Assembly (NCBI GenBank): GCA_039815185.1
Contig: JBCBZT010000017.1
Span: 1-64,000, forward strand
Direction of reading: 5' to 3'
Source of the DNA: Cyanobacteria bacterium P01_A01_bin.123
GTDB lineage: Bacteria > Cyanobacteriota > Cyanobacteriia > Phormidesmidales > Phormidesmidaceae
DNA: 64,000 nucleotides
Positions 19,534-27,640 of the stretch are shown piece by piece (position 1 is the first letter of the stretch; each line of letters begins with the position of its first letter). The translations under genes were made by a program, and so were the position numbers. The notes below the pieces were generated by a model that saw only the letters and a list, made by a program, of their open reading frames with translations, searched no databases and was not told the DNA's origin.

Positions 19534-20516
19534 ACGGCATTCTCGCAACGCTGCCCGGCTTCGATCTCGCTAATATTTGAAAATGTAGTCTTGGCGATGT
19601 TGTCCAAGGCTTCTTGGGTAAAAAAGGCTTGGTGAGCGGTGATCACCACATTGGGGAAAGACTGCAAAAGTTGAAAAGTGTCGTCTTGAATCACGGTGTC
19701 AGACAGGTCTTCAAAAAACAAATGGGCCTCCTCTTCATACACATCAATACCCAAATAGCCCACCTGACCTGATTTGATCGCGTCAATCACCGCCCGAGTG
19801 TGGATCAACGCCCCACGACTGGTGTTGATTAACATCGCCCCCGATTTAAGCTGTTGTAATGAGTCAGCATTAATCAGGTGATGGGTGGCAGGCAATAGCG
19901 GACAGTGGAGCGACACAATGTCAGACTGGGCCAGCAAATCTGGGAGTTCCACATACTTAACGCCCATGTCCATACACATTGAGTTGGGATAAACGTCATA
20001 GCCCAGCAGGGTGCAGCCAAAGCCGTTCATGATTTGGGCAAAGCACTGACCAATTTTGCCCGTACCTACCACGCCTACGGTTTTACCGTGGAGGTCGAAC
20101 CCCAGCAACCCGTTGAGCGAAAAGTTGTCATCGCGAACGCGATTGTACGCTCGGTAGAGTTTGCGATTGAGCATCAAAATTAGCGCCACAGCGTGCTCTG
20201 CCACCGCATAGGGAGAATAAGCCGGTACGCGCACCACGGTGATCCCCAACGCTTTGGCTACGTCGAGGTCTACGTTGTTAAATCCAGCACAGCGTAGGGC
20301 AATCAGGCGAGTGCCGCCCGCTGCGATCGCCCGTAGCGTGTCTGCACTCAAATCATCATTAATAAACACACACACAGCCGGAAAACCCTCTGCTAAGGCA
20401 GCGGTGTCAGGGGTTAAGCGGGGTTCAAAAAACACTAATTCGTGATCGTAGTCTGGGAGCCTGGCACTCAGTGACTTTTGGTCGTAGGGTTTAGTGCTGA
20501 AGACTGCGGTTTTCAT
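19530..20516 (-). CDS. ldhA: NAD-dependent D-lactate dehydrogenase (2-hydroxyacid dehydrogenase)
   Basis: MKTAVFSTKPYD start, LRCAGFNNVD, RVPAYSPYAVAEHA, GTGKIG, INTSRG, DVYEEE, HQAFFT. Confidence 0.92.
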   Translation of the reverse strand: MKTAVFSTKPYDQKSLSARLPDYDHELVFFEPRLTPDTAALAEGFPAVCVFINDDLSADTLRAIAAGGTRLIALRCAGFNNVDLDVAKALGITVVRVPAYSPYAVAEHAVALILMLNRKLYRAYNRVRDDNFSLNGLLGFDLHGKTVGVVGTGKIGQCFAQIMNGFGCTLLGYDVYPNSMCMDMGVKYVELPDLLAQSDIVSLHCPLLPATHHLINADSLQQLKSGAMLINTSRGALIHTRAVIDAIKSGQVGYLGIDVYEEEAHLFFEDLSDTVIQDDTFQLLQSFPNVVITAHQAFFTQEALDNIAKTTFSNISEIEAGQRCENAV

Positions 20517-20761
20517 AACACTTTTGTTGCGAGTCAGAAGGGCTGAATCAAAGCGAGTGGTGTGGTTACCGCTAAAGTTATGAATCACGTAGCCTAGTGT
20601 CGAGTCTGCAAGACCCCATGCGACAAGGATTTGCAGGCTGCATTCCTTGACCCAGGCTACGAAAGTAAAGATTGTTAAACCACAGCACAGTCTATCTGAA
20701 CCCAATGAAAAAGATTGTCATCTACACACCGTAAAGGTGGAAACTTAAGGTCTGGTTATGA

Positions 20762-21406
20762 TTAACCTTGACTCAAGTTCGGTAGGCGAGCCAGAGGGGA
20801 GCACATCCGAAAATTAACATGCCCCCCTTCTCTATTTGCCAATGACGCCCAGCCAGCTAAGCGATCTTGCTGCACAGACAGCCAGAGTCGCCCAGTTGTA
20901 TCGGTGACGATCAAAGCGGGTAGGTTCTCCTGTAAGGTTTCGGTGCCATTGCTCAAGGCACCCAGCTGACGCGATAAAAGCGTTGGTTCTGCGCGCACGC
21001 GTAACCCATTGCCAATATCACTCTGGACTGTCAGACAAACAGGAGAAGCTAACCCAGATAGCACAGCTGTACTGTGGCTGGTTGCGACGAATGTATCGCC
21101 AATTCGACAGCCCTGCTCAACTGGCCCTGTGCCAATTTTCCAAACCAAGTCGCTGAGACGATACCAGTAGGTGATAGAGGTGTTGGCTTCACTCGCCGCT
21201 TGCTCACAGGCCTGCTCAAAATCCAGGTAGCCGCCCAGCTCCAGATTAGAAAACCCCGCAGCAAAGGGTAAGGTGTTTGAGGGGTTAATTTGCTCCCAGT
21301 CTTGCCAACCGGGCTGAGGCTGAGCTGGGGCCTTGGGTGCCAGGATGAGCAGCATCCCAGGGACAATCCCCAGCATGGTGAGCAGTCGAACGAGATTTTG
21401 ATTCAC
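20762..21406 (-). CDS. Secreted protein with C-terminal bacterial SH3-like domain
   Basis: Signal peptide; GLRVRAEP...GWAS pattern. Confidence 0.65.
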   Translation of the reverse strand: MNQNLVRLLTMLGIVPGMLLILAPKAPAQPQPGWQDWEQINPSNTLPFAAGFSNLELGGYLDFEQACEQAASEANTSITYWYRLSDLVWKIGTGPVEQGCRIGDTFVATSHSTAVLSGLASPVCLTVQSDIGNGLRVRAEPTLLSRQLGALSNGTETLQENLPALIVTDTTGRLWLSVQQDRLAGWASLANREGGHVNFRMCSPLARLPNLSQG

Positions 21407-21442
21407 GGGCGCTATTGCTATTCAAAGTTAAATTATCAAATT

Positions 21443-21925
21443 TTATCCGTTTACGAGGTCTGCGATCGCGGCTGCATCTAGGCGCACAGTCAACGTTCCC
21501 CGTCGAATTTTAGCCCCAATCTGCTCATAGAAAGCTTGTCCACGGGGGTTCGTTGCAGCCACGTTCCAATCGATTCGGGCAACACCTGCGTACTTGGCAA
21601 GATGGGCTAATTCCTTTAGCAACAACTTGCCCACCCCCTGACTCCGATGGGACGGCACCACGAATAGATCGTCGAGCCAAAGACAGGGTTTGGCGAGGAA
21701 GGTCGAAAACGTCTCGAAAAAGGTGGCGAACCCAACCAATTCGTCTCCGATTTCCGCCACGATGGCAGATACCCGAGGGCGCTCCCCAAAAAAAGCCTCG
21801 TTGATTTCGTCAGCGGTCGCCTTCAAAAGTTCAATCCCCCCGTCAAACTCCGCTTTAGCCCGCAAAAGCTCAAGCATCTGCAGCAGGTCATCTTGCTTCG
21901 CTTGTCGAATCGTGGGGTTCTGCAT
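21443..21925 (-). CDS. GNAT N-acetyltransferase (spermidine acetyltransferase-like)
   Basis: LWLDDLFVVPSHRSQGVGK acetyl-CoA motif; N...FYEQIGA. Confidence 0.92.
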   Translation of the reverse strand: MQNPTIRQAKQDDLLQMLELLRAKAEFDGGIELLKATADEINEAFFGERPRVSAIVAEIGDELVGFATFFETFSTFLAKPCLWLDDLFVVPSHRSQGVGKLLLKELAHLAKYAGVARIDWNVAATNPRGQAFYEQIGAKIRRGTLTVRLDAAAIADLVNG

Positions 21926-21933
21926 GGGGAATA

Positions 21934-22653
21934 TTATGACCCTAGCTGGTCTTCTAAATAAGCCGTCATCAATTGTTTCATCTCCGCAATCATGCCGTCC
22001 ACGTCCCCCCCGGTGCTTTTAATCTCCTGTTCTTGCTGGACTAAATAACTCATGCCCTTGTAAAGGGCCTTCGTCACCCGCGCAATCTGCCAACCCCGAC
22101 TGGGGTTTAGGTCTGGGCAAATCCGCAGAAGCAAATCGTGGATAGTCGCTAGGACTTCCTGGTCAACCCGTTTCGCCCCCTCCGCTAGGGCACTTTCCCC
22201 TTCTTGTCCTGCGTTTAAATGCCTGAAGGCAGGATGCCGGCGTTCAAAGGTAATCATGGGGTCAATCACTCGATCAACGATTGTCGCAAAATCTAGACCC
22301 GACACATCCTGCTGTAGCGCAGTTAATGTGTTGTTGCCCAATTGCTGCATGTACCGCTCCCCCAACGCTATCAGAATCGCCTCTTTATTAGAAAAATATT
22401 GATACACCGAGCCCACTGAAATATTGGCTCGATTGGCTAAGGCATTGGTGTTAATCGCTTCTGATCCACCGTCGGCCAATAAATCAGCAGCCGTATCCAG
22501 GATCAAATCGTGCCGTCGCCGCCCCCGCTCCCCTGTAGGGCTACGGCGGTTTTTTGGGGCGGCCTCACCGCCATCCTTGGCAATGGGCGACGTTACCCTT
22601 TTGTCATTTTGGGAGTTGCCATCTGGAGATTGACGATGTGAGCTTTTGCTCAT
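21934..22653 (-). CDS. TetR/AcrR family transcriptional regulator
   Basis: HTH ILDTAADLL...NTNALANRANISVGSVYQYFSNKE; ATG 22653 preferred. Confidence 0.93.
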   Translation of the reverse strand: MSKSSHRQSPDGNSQNDKRVTSPIAKDGGEAAPKNRRSPTGERGRRRHDLILDTAADLLADGGSEAINTNALANRANISVGSVYQYFSNKEAILIALGERYMQQLGNNTLTALQQDVSGLDFATIVDRVIDPMITFERRHPAFRHLNAGQEGESALAEGAKRVDQEVLATIHDLLLRICPDLNPSRGWQIARVTKALYKGMSYLVQQEQEIKSTGGDVDGMIAEMKQLMTAYLEDQLGS

Positions 22654-22655
22654 AT
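22636..22655. promoter_or_regulatory. Putative TetR operator 1, overlapping the tetR start codon
   Basis: Palindrome ATGTGAGC-TTTT-GCTCATAT. Confidence 0.65.
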
Positions 22656-22668
22656 ACTGCAAAATACA

Positions 22669-22688
22669 ATGCGAGTGAAAGCTCACAT
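22669..22688. promoter_or_regulatory. Putative TetR operator 2
   Basis: ATGCGAGTGAAAGCTCACAT; 16/20 match to the reverse complement of operator 1. Confidence 0.65.
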
Positions 22689-22743
22689 TAGCAAAGTTCA
22701 AACTGTATCTGCAAACATTGCAACCGATGGGAGATCAACAGCG

Positions 22744-23748
22744 ATGGATGGCAAAACAGCTTTTGTGACGGGTGCAACAGGTTTGCTGGGTAGCAATCTT
22801 TGCCGAGTATTGGTTTCGCAGGGATGGCAGGTGAAAGGTCTGGTTCGTTCTATGGATAAGGCCAAAAGATTCCTCGGAAACAGCGGAGTTGAGTTTGTTC
22901 AAGGCGATGTTGAGGAGGTGTCTGCTTTTTCTCAGGCGTTGGATGGGGTGGATGTGGTGTTTCACACGGCTGCCTTTTTCAGGGAGTATTATCAGCCGGG
23001 GAGTCACTGGGAGAAAATGAAGCGCATCAATGTGGATGCAACGATGGCGCTTTTGAGGGCAGCGGAGGCACAAGGGGTTGCTCGGGCAGTTTTCACTTCA
23101 TCGAGTGGGGTGATTCAAGCTCACCCACGTCAGGCTGCTACTGAAGCATCCCCCTGCAATAGATTTGCTGACAAGAACCTCTATTTCAAAACCAAGGTTT
23201 TGGCAGAGCGGGAAATCTATCAGTTCTTAGAAACAAGTCGCATGGATGTGGTGATGGTTTTGCCCGGTTGGATGATGGGGCCAGGGGACGCTGCCCCAAC
23301 CTCTGGCGGGCAGCTGGTGTTGGATTTGTTAGCCGGTAAACTACCCGGCGTGATTGACGGTGGGGCGTCATTAGCTGATGCGCGGGATGTAGCAGCAGCA
23401 ATGATGACGGCGGCTGAACGGGGATGCCGGGGTGAGCGTTACATTCTGACCGGGCCACTGGCAACCATGAAAGACATTGCGCTAGAACTAGAAGCGATCG
23501 CGGGCATCAAAGTGCCCAAAATGAAAATTCCGAATTGGCTGGCGATCGCGATCGCTTGGGTGTTAGAAACCTGGGCGGGTTTGACGGGTGGGGTAAATCC
23601 TATGCCACTGGCTGGCATCCAGACTTTATTAGAAAAAGCGAATTTAAGCTCAGTCAAAGCTGAACGAGAGTTGGGTGCAACCTTCCGCCCGCTTAGGGAG
23701 ACATTGAAAGATACGGTGTCGTGGTATGAGGCTCAGGGCTATTTATAG
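22744..23748 (+). CDS. Extended SDR / NAD-dependent epimerase-dehydratase (dihydroflavonol reductase-like)
   Basis: VTGATGLLG, FHTAA, catalytic YFKTK. Confidence 0.92.
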   Translation: MDGKTAFVTGATGLLGSNLCRVLVSQGWQVKGLVRSMDKAKRFLGNSGVEFVQGDVEEVSAFSQALDGVDVVFHTAAFFREYYQPGSHWEKMKRINVDATMALLRAAEAQGVARAVFTSSSGVIQAHPRQAATEASPCNRFADKNLYFKTKVLAEREIYQFLETSRMDVVMVLPGWMMGPGDAAPTSGGQLVLDLLAGKLPGVIDGGASLADARDVAAAMMTAAERGCRGERYILTGPLATMKDIALELEAIAGIKVPKMKIPNWLAIAIAWVLETWAGLTGGVNPMPLAGIQTLLEKANLSSVKAERELGATFRPLRETLKDTVSWYEAQGYL

Positions 23749-23857
23749 AAGCATGCTTAAGCACACACAGTCCATAGACATAGATCTTGACAGAGTCAAG
23801 GTTTAGTTTGTCCCTGCGGTACCCTAATAGGATAATTGTCCTGCTTTATGGGTTGTG

Positions 23858-25150
23858 ATGAGAAGACGTCAATTCTGGAAACGGTTTGCACTGATAGCCT
23901 TAATCGGGGTGCTGTTGAGCTGGATGGTGAGCTGCAGCAGCGCTACTCTAGAAGCCGATGGAGGAGGTGCTAGTAGTCAAGAAGTCGAGTTTTGGACCAT
24001 GCAGCTGCAACCCGACTTTACCGATTACTTCAACCAGCTCATTGCGGCTTTTGAGGCAGAGAATCCAGACATTACCGTTCGATGGGTAGACGTGCCCTGG
24101 GCCGATATGCAAAGCAAGATTTTGACAGCGGTTTCTGCGGGGACTGCCCCTGACGTGGTCAATTTGAACCCTGACTTTGCCTCTCAATTAGCCAGCAAAA
24201 ACGCCTGGTTGATCTTAGATGATCAGGTTTCAGCCGAAGACAAAGCCCTGTATTTACCCAAAATTTGGCAGGCCAGTTCCCTGAATGGCCAAAGCTTCGG
24301 TTTCCCCTGGTATCTCACCACGCGGGTGACTCTTTACAACCAAGATATAATGGCCGAAGCAGGGTTAAGTGCACCGCCCCAGACCTATGCAGACCTCGCG
24401 ATCGCAGCTCAGCAAATTAAAGACGAAACCGGCAAATACGCTTTTTTCACCACGTTTGTTCCTGAAGATTCTGCTGATGTGATGCAGTCGTTTGTGCAGA
24501 TGGGAGCCACCCTAGTGGATGACGAGGGCAAAGCCGCTTTCAATAATCCCGCAGGTCAAGCGGTATTTCAATACTGGACAGATCTGTTCCAAAACGAGCT
24601 CCTGCCACGAGAAGTCCTCACCCAAGGCCATCGCCGCGCCATTGAACTTTACCAAGCAGGAGAAACCGCCATTCTGGCATCTGGGGCAGAATTCCTCAGC
24701 ACAATTGCCACCAACGCACCCGATATCGCAGCAGCCACCGCCAGCGCTCCCCAGATCAGTGGTTCGACTGGCAAGAAAAATGTGGCCGTGATGAATCTAG
24801 TCATTCCCCAATCCACGGATGTCCCCGAGGCAGCCCTCAAATTTGCCCTCTACGTCACCAACGACGAGAACCAATTAGACTTTGCTAAGACTGGTAACGT
24901 ATTGCCGTCGACCATAAATGCGCTCAACGATGGTTATTTCACCGAAGTTGCAGACGATAACGATGCCGTGGCCGTAGCCCGATCATTCAGCGCCGCTCAA
25001 ATGGAAGATGCAGAGGTGCTAGTGCCTGCCATGGAAGATGTCAAAGCGCTGCAAAAGATCCTTTATGAGAATCTGCAAGCAGCCATGCTCGGCCAAAAGA
25101 GCGTTGACCAGGCCGTCAATGACGCGGCTGATGCCTGGAATCAACGTTAG
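23858..25150 (+). CDS. Sugar ABC transporter substrate-binding lipoprotein
   Basis: Lipobox MVSC; FWTMQLQP, APDVVNLN and PWYLTTR motifs of SBP family 1. Confidence 0.88.
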   Translation: MRRRQFWKRFALIALIGVLLSWMVSCSSATLEADGGGASSQEVEFWTMQLQPDFTDYFNQLIAAFEAENPDITVRWVDVPWADMQSKILTAVSAGTAPDVVNLNPDFASQLASKNAWLILDDQVSAEDKALYLPKIWQASSLNGQSFGFPWYLTTRVTLYNQDIMAEAGLSAPPQTYADLAIAAQQIKDETGKYAFFTTFVPEDSADVMQSFVQMGATLVDDEGKAAFNNPAGQAVFQYWTDLFQNELLPREVLTQGHRRAIELYQAGETAILASGAEFLSTIATNAPDIAAATASAPQISGSTGKKNVAVMNLVIPQSTDVPEAALKFALYVTNDENQLDFAKTGNVLPSTINALNDGYFTEVADDNDAVAVARSFSAAQMEDAEVLVPAMEDVKALQKILYENLQAAMLGQKSVDQAVNDAADAWNQR

Positions 25151-25338
25151 TTTTAGAGCTTCTACAGGAGCCCGTCATCTGTCCTGGGCCCAATTCTGGA
25201 TTCTCGACCAACAGTTTTCGACAAGTCGTTGAAATTAAGTTGAAATCCATGGATGAATGGGTACATTAAAGAGAGTTAATGAATCGTAATTAACAGACCG
25301 CATTCCGCCTGTCTCAACTATCTAGCCGTAGAGAACTC

Positions 25339-26022
25339 ATGGTTACTGTCGCTGATACTGCTCATCTAATCCATAAAAAGCATCCCAACAAGCATAATCA
25401 CTACGGCTTTCGGGATTTCTTTCAGTTCAATGCTGAAACTGGCAACATCACCGACTGGAACGATAGCCGCAATATTCTGACCAGTGAAGACTTCATTATT
25501 GGTTTGCTCGAAGGGCTAGAAGAAGAAGTCGGAGAAGCCTCCACTGCCATCATGTACAGCATCGGCATCGAATGGGGCAAACAGGACTCTTTGTTTTTTA
25601 ATAAGTGGTTTGAGCGGGAATTCAAGATGAGTACCCGTGAGGCTAACCTGATGTTTTTGCTAGAAACCTGGTGGTGGCCGTTCACGGCTCAAGGCTGGGG
25701 GCGTTGGGAAGTGGATATGAATGATCGCCAGCAAGGTTTTATGTTCATCAACCTATTTGACTCAGCAGTGGCCCGCACCTTAGGTGATGTGGGTAAGCCC
25801 GTGTGTCACATTTACGCGGGTTTATTTGCTGGCTTCTTCACTGAGATGGTACGGAAACAATTGAGCTGTATTGAGATTCAGTGCTATTCCATGGGTGAAA
25901 CCTACTGCAAATTTTTGCTGGGGGGCAAAGAACGCATTGATGCTGCTGCCTTCTGGATGACAGAAGGAGCCGGTGCCCGTGACATTGAAAAACGATTGAG
26001 AGCGGGCGAGGTCGCGTCATGA
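25339..26022 (+). CDS. V4R domain protein (Slr0144-like)
   Basis: GWGRW, KPVCHIYAG, CIEIQCYSMGETYC. Confidence 0.85.
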   Translation: MVTVADTAHLIHKKHPNKHNHYGFRDFFQFNAETGNITDWNDSRNILTSEDFIIGLLEGLEEEVGEASTAIMYSIGIEWGKQDSLFFNKWFEREFKMSTREANLMFLLETWWWPFTAQGWGRWEVDMNDRQQGFMFINLFDSAVARTLGDVGKPVCHIYAGLFAGFFTEMVRKQLSCIEIQCYSMGETYCKFLLGGKERIDAAAFWMTEGAGARDIEKRLRAGEVAS

Positions 26023-26339
26023 CAGCATCAGCTATAGCGTCTGACAAAACGACAGGGATGCTCTCCAAGTCATGGTTGCAGCAGTCCGTGCGTCAGTGTT
26101 TTGCAAGCTATAACTGGGAAGGCAGGGCGCAACCTGAAGCCCTCGTGGGCTCTGATCCAATTGTCTCTAGCGAGGCATTACCCCCGTTATCTTTCCAGCT
26201 ATCAGTGCAGCAATTCTTTAGTCAGTTTCCGTGGGAAGGCACCCCAGAGATTGCAGTGCCTGTGTCTCCCCTGGGTGTGAAGGCAGCAACGGAGGAGGCC
26301 GACGATCTCACCCTTGATGCTTTCTCCGATTTGTTTTAA
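26019..26339 (+). CDS. Hypothetical protein (Slr0145-like position)
   Basis: ATGA overlap with the upstream gene; internal repeat SV.Q.F....WEG twice. Confidence 0.7.
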   Translation: MTASAIASDKTTGMLSKSWLQQSVRQCFASYNWEGRAQPEALVGSDPIVSSEALPPLSFQLSVQQFFSQFPWEGTPEIAVPVSPLGVKAATEEADDLTLDAFSDLF

Positions 26340-26369
26340 AGAGTAACGCTGGCCAACAGATTGAATACC

Positions 26370-26885
26370 ATGAATAAGCATCTCGAAACGCTGTTTAACG
26401 AACCCGAAAAAAGCTATCTCAAGGCCCAAGACTTGAACTTGCTGAGTCAGTATGTGGGGTCATTACCTGAACGAATTAAAGTCTATCGTCAACTCCGCGA
26501 CAAAGAGCTGGAAATTATGCAGGCCGTTGCTGACGATTTACAGCAACAGTTTCCCCAAGTAGCTGAAGCCAGTCTAGAGCGGAGCATTAAGAATGGTCTG
26601 CTGGTAATGCGTTACTGCGCGATGGCAATGCTTTTGGATGATCCTGCATTTGTTGTGCAGCGGTTAAATGGCTGGTTAAAACCCATCACTGCAGTTTACG
26701 ACACCCAAGCCATCGATCGTGCCCTGTATCAGCATTTGACTCAGCAGTTGGCCAAACGGTTTACTGCTAACCAAATGAAAATTATTCAGGGGTCACTCAT
26801 TCTTGCTCAATCCATCGTTTTAGAAACCCAATCCCCCCCCACCGACGTAAACGAGACCATAGAAGCCCTGGCTGGTATTGGCTAG
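26370..26885 (+). CDS. Phycobiliprotein/globin-like fold protein (Slr0146-like)
   Basis: YL...L..Y...LPER and MRYCAMAMLLDD patterns. Confidence 0.75.
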   Translation: MNKHLETLFNEPEKSYLKAQDLNLLSQYVGSLPERIKVYRQLRDKELEIMQAVADDLQQQFPQVAEASLERSIKNGLLVMRYCAMAMLLDDPAFVVQRLNGWLKPITAVYDTQAIDRALYQHLTQQLAKRFTANQMKIIQGSLILAQSIVLETQSPPTDVNETIEALAGIG

Positions 26886-26922
26886 CGTGTTGCCTTTTTT
26901 AATTCATTGATTGCATAACGTC

Positions 26923-27579
26923 ATGGTATCTGTTGCTGATCTGTTAGTTGATAATCGTCTGACTGGTAACTACTTTTCCAGTAGTGTCTACGTTCGTGGC
27001 ACCCTGGAGCTGGGGTTGCTCGAAAACCGCCGGGGCGATCGCTTGTTGGCTATTCCTGAAGCCCTGGTCAAAGGCATGTATGCCGGGCTAGATCAAGAAA
27101 CTGGACAGGCTGCTAAGCTGGTGTTGTTCAACTGTGGCCTCTGGTGGGGCAAGAACTTCTATGCCCGCTTTTGTGAAGAACTGATCGATTACTACGACCA
27201 AGCGATCGCTGATTTAGCGATGGCCGAGTTTTTGCAGGCCTTGCAGCAATGCTGGCAAACCCATGGATGGGGACGGATTGCGTTAGACCAAAGTTACCAG
27301 GCTCAGGGATTCTTGGGGATTAACATCTGGCATTCGCCCTACATCGCCCATGCCCCGAAGACGAATAAGCCCGTCTGTTATTTAGAAATGGGAATTTTGC
27401 AGGCGTTCTTTAGTCAATTGACGGGGCGTGACTTAATGTGTGTGCAAACGGCCTGTGAGTCGATGGGGGAAGACCGCAATCGCTTTGTCCTAGGTTTACA
27501 GGCTCGGCTTCAACCCGCTGAAGCTATGGTTGACGCTGGGGATTCCCATGAGAGTATTATGCAGGCGTTGGTCGCTTAG
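26923..27579 (+). CDS. V4R domain protein (Slr0147-like)
   Basis: HGWGRI, KPVCYLE, CVQTACESMG. Confidence 0.85.
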   Translation: MVSVADLLVDNRLTGNYFSSSVYVRGTLELGLLENRRGDRLLAIPEALVKGMYAGLDQETGQAAKLVLFNCGLWWGKNFYARFCEELIDYYDQAIADLAMAEFLQALQQCWQTHGWGRIALDQSYQAQGFLGINIWHSPYIAHAPKTNKPVCYLEMGILQAFFSQLTGRDLMCVQTACESMGEDRNRFVLGLQARLQPAEAMVDAGDSHESIMQALVA

Positions 27580-27640
27580 GGAGGGTATGTTTTGGGCCGG
27601 AAGGTGCTGGTATTGATCTTCGTACTCTTCCATCAGTGGT

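Noticed and set aside
20517..20705. N-terminal extensions from upstream TTG/GTG starts (ldhA; likewise pyk, tetR, SDR, PP2C, EF-hand)
   Set aside because: Family-typical N-termini, and in several cases ribosome-binding sites, point to downstream ATGs.
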